A stretch of DNA of 64,000 bases from a virus: positions 2,968-66,967 of IMG/VR virus record IMGVR_UViG_3300028269_000003, one strand, 5' to 3'. The position numbers and the translations under genes were made by a program. Positions 26,550-34,905 of the stretch are shown piece after piece (within the stretch, counting starts at the first letter, position 1; each line of letters opens with the position of its first letter). The notes beneath the pieces are model-generated. The model made no database searches and was not told the DNA's origin. It worked only from the letters and a program-made list of their open reading frames with translations.

Positions 26550-26563
26550 ACCACTACAACATT

Positions 26564-26592
26564 AATATATACCCAATTCACAGGCTTGTAAA
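26564..26592 (-). promoter_or_regulatory. sigma70-type promoter for the attenuator/replication operon
   Basis: TTTACA-17-TATATT. Confidence 0.55.
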
Positions 26593-26805
26593 TGGGTTTT
26601 CGTGATACACATAATTAGCTACATAACACACCTCGCCAAACTGATTTTTAACCTCTTTGCGCTCGGTTTTAATATCCCATCCTTGCTGGCGTAATTCTAA
26701 AATACGTGCGCCAAGCCTATATGTTCCGAGATAATTCCATGCGGTCAATGGGTCAATGCTGCCGTGAGTTTTAAGGTATTCTGCTACTCGGTTTAGTTGT
26801 GTCAT
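26578..26805 (-). CDS. winged-HTH protein (HTH_39-like)
   Basis: TQ..RV.EYL..HGSI....A...G.YRL.ARI.ELR..G.DI.T. Confidence 0.8.
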   Translation of the reverse strand: MTQLNRVAEYLKTHGSIDPLTAWNYLGTYRLGARILELRQQGWDIKTERKEVKNQFGEVCYVANYVYHENPFTSL

Positions 26806-26809
26806 TTTA

Positions 26810-26953
26810 TTAAGTCCTTTTTATTATGATAAGTAAAGATAATTGACCAAAAATACATCCACTTAAAAACAACCATTGTTTGGTTAAATTAAAAACTTCA
26901 ACTGATAAATAAAGTGAAATAACATAAAAAACCATTAATAAAATCCATTTCAT
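26810..26953 (-). CDS. 47-aa two-TM membrane protein
   Basis: MKWILLMVFYVISLYLSVEVFNLTKQWLFLSGCIFGQLSLLIIIKRT; ATTGGAGA RBS; first gene of the leftward operon. Confidence 0.65.
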   Translation of the reverse strand: MKWILLMVFYVISLYLSVEVFNLTKQWLFLSGCIFGQLSLLIIIKRT

Positions 26954-26984
26954 TTTTATATCTCCAATGTGTTAACGTGAAACA

Positions 26985-27049
26985 ATCATAATTTATATTT
27001 TAATTTTATGCAAATAATATTTGCAATTTACTTTTAAAGCGATTATAGT
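26985..27049. promoter_or_regulatory. back-to-back divergent promoters with central palindrome
   Basis: leftward TTGCAT-17-TATGAT, rightward TTGCAA-17-TATAGT; TGCAAAT-AAT-ATTTGCA (27009-27025) spans both -35 boxes. Confidence 0.75.
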
Positions 27050-27084
27050 TACATACATGCAGTAAACATTATTGGAGATAAAAA

Positions 27085-27642
27085 ATGATAGAAATTAAAC
27101 ATAGATACACAAATCAAGTTTTATGTAGTTTTGATGTGGATAGTTTAAAAGATGCTGTAATTTCTGCGGTTAAAAAAAGTTTCAACTTGAGTGGTGCTGA
27201 CTTGTTCAATGCTGACTTGTGCGGTGCTGACTTGCGCGGTGCTAACTTGTGCGGTGCTGACTTGCGCGGTGCTAACTTGTTCAATGCTAACTTGCGCGGT
27301 GCTGACTTGTTCAATGCTGACTTGTGCGGTGCTGACTTGCGCGGTGCTAACTTGCGCGGTGCTAACTTGTTCAATGCTGACTTGCGCGGTGAAATTTTAG
27401 CAATAACTCCTATTTTTATTAATGGTTTAATTTGGGATATTACAATAACAGAATCATTTTTAGAAATTGGATGCCAGCGCCATAAACATGAAGCATGGGA
27501 AAAATTTACTTATGATGAAATATCATCTATGGAATCACGCGCATTATATTTTTGGAAGCAAAACAAATCATGGTTACTTTTAGCATGTAAATCACACAAA
27601 AAAGAATCATTAGCTAAACGTAAAGAGGTGGAGAAAAAATGA
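27085..27642 (+). CDS. pentapeptide-repeat protein
   Basis: about 13 A(D/N)Lxx repeats; first rightward early gene. Confidence 0.9.
   Translation: MIEIKHRYTNQVLCSFDVDSLKDAVISAVKKSFNLSGADLFNADLCGADLRGANLCGADLRGANLFNANLRGADLFNADLCGADLRGANLRGANLFNADLRGEILAITPIFINGLIWDITITESFLEIGCQRHKHEAWEKFTYDEISSMESRALYFWKQNKSWLLLACKSHKKESLAKRKEVEKK
27193..27390 (+). repeat. 15-bp coding tandem repeat (GCT(G/A)ACTTG-nnnnnn)
   Basis: encodes the pentapeptide repeats. Confidence 0.9.
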
Positions 27643-27977
27643 CTGGCATATATGGAAATACACGAGAAGATAAAATCAGAGAGCGCGAATTAGATGCTTA
27701 TCTAAATTCACGCGGCGAGTGGACTGATGATGACAAAGAAAAAGCTAAATCAGAATTATTTGATGACATTACATGGAATGGTGCGAAGTGGGATGAAAAA
27801 CTCGAAGGCTGGCGCATGGAAATGTTTATTGATTGGGAAAATGTAATGACCAGCCGTATGCCACGTGAAGAAAAGTTAGCAGAAATGACTGACATACAAA
27901 CTCGGTGCGTAGAAAAATATTGCAACGATGAAGTAGAAAAAAATCCTGACCTATATTGCGAAAGGTATTGCCGATAA
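27639..27977 (+). CDS. hypothetical early protein
   Basis: coupled ORF with GGAG RBS. Confidence 0.7.
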   Translation: MTGIYGNTREDKIRERELDAYLNSRGEWTDDDKEKAKSELFDDITWNGAKWDEKLEGWRMEMFIDWENVMTSRMPREEKLAEMTDIQTRCVEKYCNDEVEKNPDLYCERYCR

Positions 27978-28183
27978 TGGATTTAACGACTGTATCAATC
28001 GGTGATGCTGAGTTAGATATTTACTATACCTTTGATGTAAGTAACGGTGAGTTGCATATCCACGAAATCAGCAATCTGGATAACGTGGTCAATCTTAAAC
28101 CTTTACTTGCCCCACAAGTGATAGCAGATATTAAAAACGCATTGATGGATAAAATTTTAAACAGTAGTAACGTAGTAAGTTAA
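27977..28183 (+). CDS. hypothetical early protein
   Basis: TAATG coupling suggests start 27977. Confidence 0.65.
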   Translation: MDLTTVSIGDAELDIYYTFDVSNGELHIHEISNLDNVVNLKPLLAPQVIADIKNALMDKILNSSNVVS

Positions 28184-28197
28184 TTGGAGATGATGAA

Positions 28198-29265
28198 ATG
28201 GCACTATTAAAACCAGCAGTAAATAAAATGGCTTATGCAAAAATAGGCTTATACGGAACAGCGGGTAGCGGTAAAACAAGAACAGCAACTGAAATTGCCA
28301 TTGGATTACACAAAGCAATCGGAAGTAAAAAACCTATTGCGGCTTTTGATACTGAGCCTGCATTTAGCTTTGTTTTGCCTTTCTTTCAAAAAGCAGGAAT
28401 TGAGTTATTGGTAGCAGATGAAAGTCGTGCATTATCAGACTTAATGGCTTTTATGGATGAAGCTGAAAAAGTATCTGACATTGTAATTATTGATTCAATT
28501 ACCCATGTGTGGCGCGATGCTCAAGAAAGCTACTTAGCTAGACTTAACCAAACTCGAAAACAATACAACAAAAAACCCTTGCCAGCATTAGAGTTTCAGC
28601 ATTGGCGACCAATTAAAGCGGCATGGGCAGAATTTACAGATAGATTTTTGTCATCAAAAATGCACGTTATTGTTTGCGGTAGAGCTGGAACAATTTATGA
28701 ATATCAAGACAAAGATGATGGCTCAGGTAAAAAAGAACTTATTAGCACTGGCTCACGGATGGCAACAGAAAAAGAGCTTGGGTATGAGCCTAGCCTTTTA
28801 GTTGAAATGATTGCAGACCGTGAAAAAGGTAAAACTGTAAACATTGCTTGGGTGCAAAAAGACCGCAGCGATACAATCAACGGTGCTGAGTTATTAATGC
28901 CAACATATAAAAGTTTTGAGCCTCACTTTAAGGCATTAAATATTGGAGGACAGCATTTTGAAAGCATGGATAAGCGTAACTCTCAAGAGATGTTTGCTGA
29001 TGCTGATGAAAGTGGGTTTGATGTTGAATTAAAACGCAGAACTGTATTATGCGAGGAAATAGCAGAACTTCTTAAAAAATACTATCCATCTCAATCAGTA
29101 GAGGACAAGCAAAAACGAGTTGAGCTTGTTGAGCAATTCTTTGATACTCGTTCATGGACTAAAGTTGAAAGTTTACGTGCCGATGTTCTTAAATCAGGAT
29201 ATGAAGCCATGAAAGCTAAATTAGAAATAGATTTTGAAAGTAAAACAGAAAGTGAGAGTAAATAA
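28198..29265 (+). CDS. AAA ATPase, Sak4-like single-strand annealing recombinase
   Basis: Walker [19 protein letters not shown], directly upstream of ssb. Confidence 0.75.
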   Translation: MALLKPAVNKMAYAKIGLYGTAGSGKTRTATEIAIGLHKAIGSKKPIAAFDTEPAFSFVLPFFQKAGIELLVADESRALSDLMAFMDEAEKVSDIVIIDSITHVWRDAQESYLARLNQTRKQYNKKPLPALEFQHWRPIKAAWAEFTDRFLSSKMHVIVCGRAGTIYEYQDKDDGSGKKELISTGSRMATEKELGYEPSLLVEMIADREKGKTVNIAWVQKDRSDTINGAELLMPTYKSFEPHFKALNIGGQHFESMDKRNSQEMFADADESGFDVELKRRTVLCEEIAELLKKYYPSQSVEDKQKRVELVEQFFDTRSWTKVESLRADVLKSGYEAMKAKLEIDFESKTESESK

Positions 29266-29717
29266 TGGCTTCATTAAACAAAGCAATGATTTTGGGTAAC
29301 TTAGGCAAAGACCCAGAGGTTAGATATATGCCTAATGGTGAAGCTGTTGCTAATTTTAGCATTGCGACTACCGATAACTGGAAAGACAAAGACGGCAACA
29401 AACAAGAGCGTACAGAATGGCATAACATTGTCATGTATCGCAAACTTGCTGAAATTGCTGGAGAGTATCTAAAGAAAGGCTCACCAGTTTACATTGAAGG
29501 CAAACTGCAAACTCGCAAATGGCAAACAAAAGAAGGTCAAGACAGACATACGACTGAAATTATTGTTGACAGTATGCAAATGCTAGGCACTAAAGCGCAA
29601 AATAATGATGCAGGTGATAGCAATACTCAAGCAAAACAAAATAACGCGCCTAAAACGCAGGAAAATCAAGCTAATGATGCTTTTGAAGGCATGGAAGATG
29701 ATATCCCTTTTAATTAA
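29265..29717 (+). CDS. ssb: single-stranded DNA-binding protein
   Basis: NK...[11 protein letters not shown]...ERTEWH...YLKKGS.VYIEG.L.TRKW; acidic tail DDIPF. Confidence 0.97.
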   Translation: MASLNKAMILGNLGKDPEVRYMPNGEAVANFSIATTDNWKDKDGNKQERTEWHNIVMYRKLAEIAGEYLKKGSPVYIEGKLQTRKWQTKEGQDRHTTEIIVDSMQMLGTKAQNNDAGDSNTQAKQNNAPKTQENQANDAFEGMEDDIPFN

Positions 29718-29767
29718 GTCCGTTTTAGTTTAACATGCCTCACGGACTATAAATATATGAGGCTTTT

Positions 29768-30193
29768 ATGAAAACTTGTTTTAAATGTAAAAAAACCAAA
29801 AGCTATGATGAGTTTTATAAACATAAGCAAATGGGTGATGGATATTTAAATAAATGTAAATCTTGCACAAAAGAAGATGTTTATAAACATAGACATTTTA
29901 GTGAAGCAAGAGAAAAAATACTTGCTTATGACAGAGAAAGGGGAAATAGGCAAAATAAAGAATATTTAAAACTTTATCGTGAAAAGTATCCAAAAAAATA
30001 CAAAGCTCATGGAATTGTTGCAAGAGCAATTAGAGCTAAAAAATTATTTAGGATGCCTTGTGAAGTTTGTGGAAATTTAATAACAGACGGTCATCATGAT
30101 GATTATGACAAACCATTAAATGTTAGATGGTTATGTGCTGAGCATCATCGTGAATGGCACGCAAAAAATGGTGAAGGGCTAAATGCATTTTAA
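29768..30193 (+). CDS. HNH-type endonuclease / zinc-finger protein
   Basis: CFKC..CKSC N-terminal finger; PCEVCG...HHDDY.KPL.VRWLC..HH..WH. Confidence 0.8.
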   Translation: MKTCFKCKKTKSYDEFYKHKQMGDGYLNKCKSCTKEDVYKHRHFSEAREKILAYDRERGNRQNKEYLKLYREKYPKKYKAHGIVARAIRAKKLFRMPCEVCGNLITDGHHDDYDKPLNVRWLCAEHHREWHAKNGEGLNAF

Positions 30194-30195
30194 TA

Positions 30196-30429
30196 ATGAT
30201 TAAATGGACTAAAAGCAAAATAGGCGACCACATAAGCAAAACAGCTATCCAGCATGAAAACTATGTTATTGCTAAGTTTGTTACCTATATTAACGGTGAG
30301 AGAGTAGAGCGTTACTTACTAAGTGACGTTTCTACTTATCCGCATAAAAGTTTGAAATGGTTTGATAACAGCCAATCGGCTAAAGATTATACAGAAAGGT
30401 TAATAAATGGAAAATTTAATGAGAACTGA
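30196..30429 (+). CDS. hypothetical protein
   Basis: 77-aa ORF in the early operon. Confidence 0.6.
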   Translation: MIKWTKSKIGDHISKTAIQHENYVIAKFVTYINGERVERYLLSDVSTYPHKSLKWFDNSQSAKDYTERLINGKFNEN

Positions 30430-30613
30430 TGAAGTAAAAAAAAGATTGCAGACTGTAAATATGCGACATTGTTCTAATCATACAGGTATCGGTTATTACA
30501 GAATTGTTTACATGAAGATTGGAAAATTCTTACAGTTTAAAAAAGGCGAGTGTGAAAAACTGATGGAATACTTTGAAAAGATGGATAAAGTCAATGAGAT
30601 TATAGAGGTGTAA
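30407..30613 (+). CDS. hypothetical protein (possible HTH)
   Basis: 68-aa coupled ORF. Confidence 0.55.
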   Translation: MENLMRTDEVKKRLQTVNMRHCSNHTGIGYYRIVYMKIGKFLQFKKGECEKLMEYFEKMDKVNEIIEV

Positions 30614-30614
30614 T

Positions 30615-30974
30615 TTGGAATACACGTATAGCAAAAAAGACTTTAATAAATTCGTATCATACTGTAAGTTTTGGCTTAACAAGTTTGGCATAACTGAATG
30701 GGAAATTGATTTTAAGCACCATCAAATTGATTCAGCAGCCAGAACAACTTACAATTGCACAGCTAAACTTGCTTGCTTTCAATTAACCATTAGAGGCAAA
30801 GGTGATTTCTGCTTACAAAGTGATTTAAACCGATTGGCGTTACATGAAGTTATTCATTTGTTGCTAGCTGATTTTTGTTATTCCATAAGCGAAACAAAAG
30901 ATTATCAAAGTGACTTAGCAATTGCACATGAACACGCAGTAGTTATGAGATTAATGAAAGCAATACTTAACTAA
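30615..30974 (+). CDS. putative zinc metallopeptidase-like protein
   Basis: HExxH (ALHEVIH) with a downstream E; TTG start after GAGG. Confidence 0.6.
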   Translation: MEYTYSKKDFNKFVSYCKFWLNKFGITEWEIDFKHHQIDSAARTTYNCTAKLACFQLTIRGKGDFCLQSDLNRLALHEVIHLLLADFCYSISETKDYQSDLAIAHEHAVVMRLMKAILN

Positions 30975-30979
30975 ACAAT

Positions 30980-31055
30980 GCGCCGTTAGCTCAATGGATA
31001 GAGCAGTCGTTTTCTAGGCGATAGGTTGAGGGTTCAAGTCCTTCACGGCGCGCCA
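30980..31055 (+). tRNA. tRNA-Arg (anticodon TCT)
   Basis: full cloverleaf: GCGCCGT/ACGGCGC acceptor, GCTC/GAGC D-arm, loop TTTCTAG, TTCAAGT T-loop, encoded CCA; 76 nt. Confidence 0.93.
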
Positions 31056-31064
31056 AACAAAATT

Positions 31065-31259
31065 ATGAGAGCATTTACAAAACCTAACGGACAACCTAAA
31101 ACTCATCGCAGACCTCGCGTATGTGAACATTGCAGACAAAATATAAAAGGTGCTTGCTTGCTGCCGTTTAGATTAACTTTAAAATTAAGATGGCTGCATA
31201 AAAAATACAATATGCCATATATACGCAAAGATAAGCAGCTAGAAAATATGCGTAGATAA
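31065..31259 (+). CDS. small basic hypothetical protein
   Basis: ATG just after the tRNA; CEHC motif; no clear RBS. Confidence 0.4.
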   Translation: MRAFTKPNGQPKTHRRPRVCEHCRQNIKGACLLPFRLTLKLRWLHKKYNMPYIRKDKQLENMRR

Positions 31260-31280
31260 TTTAAAATAATTTACATTATT

Positions 31281-31323
31281 TTGCAAAAATAGTTTGCATT
31301 TTATTTTAAACTGTTTTATAGTT
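31281..31323 (+). promoter_or_regulatory. second early promoter with TGCAAA-N5-TTTGCA palindrome
   Basis: TTGCAT...TATAGT followed by TAC, closely resembling the promoter at 27021-27052. Confidence 0.65.
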
Positions 31324-31354
31324 ACTACATAAACAACGCAAACGGAGAAATAAA

Positions 31355-31594
31355 ATGAAATACTTAACACAATCAGAAATTCAAGAAGCATTAAACAGAG
31401 GTGCTATTTTGCATAAATCACCTGGCCATGATGCTAGAGTTTATTTGACTATTGATAAAAATACATACGTTCCACCTGTTGGTAAAGTTAAACCATCAAC
31501 ATTGTCTAAATTAATTGAATCAAAATCAGTTGTTGATGTAAAAGTTCCAGAAGTTTTTCGATTTAGTGCTTTTGATGCTTGCTACGCTGTTTAA
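31355..31594 (+). CDS. hypothetical early protein
   Basis: GGAGA RBS after promoter. Confidence 0.7.
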   Translation: MKYLTQSEIQEALNRGAILHKSPGHDARVYLTIDKNTYVPPVGKVKPSTLSKLIESKSVVDVKVPEVFRFSAFDACYAV

Positions 31595-31596
31595 TA

Positions 31597-31746
31597 ATGC
31601 TGCGCTTTATCATCATAGACGAGTTTGGTGGCAGGCTTCGCGCCTTTGCTACCAAACGTGAAGCAAAGCAGTTTATACGCAATAAACGTGGGTGTAGTGT
31701 GTGTGAGATTAGTATTTTTGATGTAAGTGAAGAGTGTTTATTTTAA
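31597..31746 (+). CDS. 49-aa hypothetical protein (MLRFIIIDEFGG...)
   Basis: fills the gap between flanking genes. Confidence 0.55.
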   Translation: MLRFIIIDEFGGRLRAFATKREAKQFIRNKRGCSVCEISIFDVSEECLF

Positions 31747-31760
31747 TTGGAGAAATAAAA

Positions 31761-32039
31761 ATGGAAAACTTAGATACTGTTGAAGTAAAACAAAGTAAAA
31801 AAGAATTATTAATATTAGCTAATCAAAAAATATTAGAACTTGAAAAAGAAGTAGAAAGACAAAAAGGATATGTTGAAATGTATCGTAAAGAATCACAAGA
31901 ACGTAAAAATCAAATTGATGAAATCCATGATTTTTTAGATGGGCTCCCGAATGTAATGCCTAAAACTAAAGATAATTATTATGAAAACAAAGTTTCAACA
32001 AGATTGCTTTCTTGGATTGCGTCTAAAGCAAACATTTAA
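31761..32039 (+). CDS. coiled-coil hypothetical protein
   Basis: ATTGGAGA RBS supports start 31761. Confidence 0.7.
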   Translation: MENLDTVEVKQSKKELLILANQKILELEKEVERQKGYVEMYRKESQERKNQIDEIHDFLDGLPNVMPKTKDNYYENKVSTRLLSWIASKANI

Positions 32040-32041
32040 TC

Positions 32042-32155
32042 ATGATTGACTACAAAAACCACAAGCCATCAACAGAAATAACCGAAGCAGATATATGGGG
32101 CGCTGTGTCTTTATTGCTACCTTTTGTCTGTGTGATTATTCTTAACTTACTTTGA
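32042..32155 (+). CDS. 37-aa single-TM peptide
   Basis: MIDYKNHKPSTEITEADIWGAVSLLLPFVCVIILNLL; fills the gap exactly. Confidence 0.55.
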   Translation: MIDYKNHKPSTEITEADIWGAVSLLLPFVCVIILNLL

Positions 32156-32156
32156 G

Positions 32157-32600
32157 GTGAATATGTATAACGTAACTAAAGACCCCGAAGCGCTTAATAT
32201 TAAAGATGCTATTCAAGCAATGCTTTTACAGCAACCTTTAACACCAAAAGAAGTGCAGGATATTCTAGGTTTGGATAAGACGACTACTACAAACTATTTT
32301 ACCTCGCTCAAAAAACAAGGTTTAATCGGCTGGCATGACAATTACAAAACTGGTCACGTAGCACGTAGAAAATATATTGCTTACAAAAACAAGCCTAAAT
32401 TTAGCGAGATTATCAATCATCGTTTAGCTGGTAGACAGCAAGTGGCAAACGACAAGCGAGAGCAAAAACGCCAAGAAGTTAGCAGAGCAAAGCAAAATCC
32501 TAACGTATCAATGGTTGTCAGCATTGACGACTATCACACCAAATCAAACCGCAGCCATAAACATGAATGGCGTGGTTATAACTCAATGAATGGACTTTAA
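32157..32600 (+). CDS. winged-HTH DNA-binding protein
   Basis: PLTPKEVQDILGL...TTTNYFTSLKKQGLI. Confidence 0.7.
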   Translation: MNMYNVTKDPEALNIKDAIQAMLLQQPLTPKEVQDILGLDKTTTTNYFTSLKKQGLIGWHDNYKTGHVARRKYIAYKNKPKFSEIINHRLAGRQQVANDKREQKRQEVSRAKQNPNVSMVVSIDDYHTKSNRSHKHEWRGYNSMNGL

Positions 32601-32601
32601 C

Positions 32602-32763
32602 ATGGTTACCAAAGACGAAGAAACCGCTCTACAAAGCGATAACAAATATTTTATGGATGATGATGCCAACGAGTACGAAAAAATGGCTGTAATCATGTTT
32701 TACGTAGCTGTGCTGTGCATTATTGCACTGTTCTTTTTGATAAGTATGCAGTGTTATGGATAA
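32602..32763 (+). CDS. 53-aa C-terminally anchored membrane protein
   Basis: acidic N-half then AVIMFYVAVLCIIALFFLI. Confidence 0.6.
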   Translation: MVTKDEETALQSDNKYFMDDDANEYEKMAVIMFYVAVLCIIALFFLISMQCYG

Positions 32764-32953
32764 AGACTATCCACTACTAACGGTTTATGTTGTAGCTGCC
32801 AGTTGCATGGTTGCCGTGATGATAGTAGGGCAATGGTATGACGCATTAACTCATGTGCCAAAAGTTGAGTACGTTCCGTGCAGCGTTACGATTAACAACA
32901 TGGCACGTAAATTAAATGTGACTTTATTAGATATGTGTGAATTGGAGAGATAG
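32756..32953 (+). CDS. small single-TM protein
   Basis: LLTVYVVAASCMVAVMIVG. Confidence 0.6.
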   Translation: MDKDYPLLTVYVVAASCMVAVMIVGQWYDALTHVPKVEYVPCSVTINNMARKLNVTLLDMCELER

Positions 32954-32955
32954 TT

Positions 32956-33132
32956 ATGTGGAAAATTATAGGATTTTTTGTAGGCTTTACCTTAACAATG
33001 ATTTTGTCTTGGTATGGTGGAATTGATTTTAATGAAAGAGGCTTTCCTCAAGCGTGGTTTACTTTTATCAGTATCATGATTGGTATTTTTATTGCGATAA
33101 ATGTAAAAATATATGAGGCTGAATCAAAATGA
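32956..33132 (+). CDS. 58-aa two-TM protein
   Basis: MWKIIGFFVGFTLTMILSWYGGIDFNERG...; ATTGGAGAG RBS; ATGA overlap with the next gene. Confidence 0.7.
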   Translation: MWKIIGFFVGFTLTMILSWYGGIDFNERGFPQAWFTFISIMIGIFIAINVKIYEAESK

Positions 33133-33506
33133 AACCCATCCAAAAAGGCATGACCACAGCCGTAACTCGTGGTGAACTTGAAGCTGCAAAACGTGAAGGT
33201 CGTGCGCCTGTTGCAGATGTTACGCAGTTGACTTGGTTTGAGGATGTTAAAATGTATCAATCAATAGCCGGATTACACATGAGAATGATAGCTAAATGGT
33301 ATAGCGGTGGATTTTATAATAGAGGTCTAGAAAGTGATAAAGACCTCTTCGCCCCGCCTGAATATGAGTGGCAGTGGATTGTGCAACATAATGACGGCAA
33401 TTTTGCTATGACTAATGACCATTTTAAAACAGAAAAAGACGTTCATAGGAACTTTGCGGTTAAAGTCATCGAACCCTACGAACCATCAAAAAGAGAGGTG
33501 GAGTGA
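33129..33506 (+). CDS. hypothetical early protein
   Basis: 125-aa coupled ORF. Confidence 0.7.
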   Translation: MKPIQKGMTTAVTRGELEAAKREGRAPVADVTQLTWFEDVKMYQSIAGLHMRMIAKWYSGGFYNRGLESDKDLFAPPEYEWQWIVQHNDGNFAMTNDHFKTEKDVHRNFAVKVIEPYEPSKREVE

Positions 33507-33508
33507 TT

Positions 33509-33607
33509 ATGGAAAATAGAACTTACAGGTATTGTGTTCGCTGTAAAAAATTAACACTATGGAATCTGCTTAATGATACGTGCTCAAATTGCGGATTGGG
33601 GAAATGA
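33509..33607 (+). CDS. 32-aa micro zinc finger (CVRC...CSNC)
   Basis: GAGGTGGAG RBS; fills the gap. Confidence 0.55.
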   Translation: MENRTYRYCVRCKKLTLWNLLNDTCSNCGLGK

Positions 33608-33608
33608 A

Positions 33609-33926
33609 ATGACACAAAAACACAAACACGCTGATGTGCTTATTGCAATCGCAGAAGGTAAAGAGGTTGAGTATTTACACCCTGCAACATTTATATGGGA
33701 ACTTTCTGATAATACTTCTGTAAATCCTTTACTCCAACTTGAATACGAATGGCGCATCAAACCTGAACCAAAGCCTGATGTTGAGGTGTATGTTGGATGG
33801 GAAAATGTTATAACTGATGAATTACAAGAGATACCTAAGGAAAGTGTCACTAACTATGCTCACGCAATCAAACTTACCTTTGATGCTGAAACTAACGAAT
33901 ACAAATCTACGGAGGTGATTAAATGA
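33609..33926 (+). CDS. hypothetical phage protein
   Basis: HKHAD.LIA.AEG..VEY...EWRIKP motif common in phage early genes. Confidence 0.7.
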   Translation: MTQKHKHADVLIAIAEGKEVEYLHPATFIWELSDNTSVNPLLQLEYEWRIKPEPKPDVEVYVGWENVITDELQEIPKESVTNYAHAIKLTFDAETNEYKSTEVIK

Positions 33927-34288
33927 GTTTGCGCTTACCTCTCGAGAAAAAGCCAAAACAAGCTTTTCAGTTTAATGATTGCTTACCATTTTTAGAAAAC
34001 TCAAGAGCAGTATTAATTCACCGACCAAGATTTATTGCAATGTATCATTTGGGTGAAATATTTGGCAGAAAATATCCACCGCACTTAGGTATTACGATGT
34101 ATTGCAGAAATAGCGTTACAGGTGGAAAAAATCTTACATTTTTAAATACGCTTAATGATGAAATGATTTTGTGTGTGAAGTGTGAAGAAAACGCTGTTAA
34201 AGCAGGGTTGCCTAGCGCAGAAAGCATCTGCTGTAAGCATGTTCACATCGGCGGGGTAAAATCTTATAAACTATGTTGCAAAGATTAA
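33923..34288 (+). CDS. Cys/His-rich hypothetical protein
   Basis: GGAGG RBS, ATGA overlap. Confidence 0.65.
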   Translation: MSLRLPLEKKPKQAFQFNDCLPFLENSRAVLIHRPRFIAMYHLGEIFGRKYPPHLGITMYCRNSVTGGKNLTFLNTLNDEMILCVKCEENAVKAGLPSAESICCKHVHIGGVKSYKLCCKD

Positions 34289-34291
34289 ACA

Positions 34292-34606
34292 ATGAACCAA
34301 CAAGACAAAATTGAGTTAAGCAAGCGCATTGCTGAAAAGCTTGGGATAGATGCTTGGGTTGACATTACGCCTGACCGAGAAGCACACACACTTTTATGGC
34401 TTGCAGACGATAACGCAAGGTGCTTTGAGTTGATGGTGAAGTATGGACTTGAAGTTTATATCTATGAAACTTTTGTTACGGTTTACGGAAGAAACAAGTC
34501 TGACGAAGGTGCAGACCCATACGCAGAAGAATATTACAAAGACCACACCAGCCCAGAAGAAGCCACACGCATAGCTATTTTAAAATGTTTGGAGAATATG
34601 GAATGA
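34292..34606 (+). CDS. NinX-like early protein (paralog of 336..662)
   Basis: shared termini with 336..662. Confidence 0.65.
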   Translation: MNQQDKIELSKRIAEKLGIDAWVDITPDREAHTLLWLADDNARCFELMVKYGLEVYIYETFVTVYGRNKSDEGADPYAEEYYKDHTSPEEATRIAILKCLENME

Positions 34607-34905
34607 GTAAACAATTCATAGAAACAACATTTTGCGGATTTACAGCAAAAGAAGTAATGGAAATGAAATCACGCATTGATGAACTTGAAGCAGAACTACA
34701 TTCTATAAATGTAAATTGCCAAGGATGGATTAAAAAAAGCAATAGCCAAAAAGAGCAGTTGGCATTAGCGATTGATGCGCTTGAAAATTATGCAGATGGT
34801 GGATATACAACCCCATTTTGCGCAGAAAAAGCCCTCACACGCATTAAACACTTACAGGAAGTGGAAAATCATGAAACTATTAAAACTACGCAAGATATTT
34901 GCTAA
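34603..34905 (+). CDS. coiled-coil hypothetical protein
   Basis: same slot as 659..1021; shares SRID.LEA. Confidence 0.65.
   Translation: MSKQFIETTFCGFTAKEVMEMKSRIDELEAELHSINVNCQGWIKKSNSQKEQLALAIDALENYADGGYTTPFCAEKALTRIKHLQEVENHETIKTTQDIC

Noticed and set aside
27193-27390. Regular short repeats resembling a CRISPR array
   Set aside because: 15-bp in-frame tandem units with no unique spacers; they encode pentapeptide repeats; no cas genes.
29748-29755. T4-type late promoter TATAAATA ahead of the HNH gene
   Set aside because: No gp55-like sigma factor; likely chance in AT-rich DNA.
30980-31055. tRNA as an attachment site marking a prophage boundary
   Set aside because: No duplicated tRNA 3' fragment and no integrase in the window; phage genes continue on both sides.
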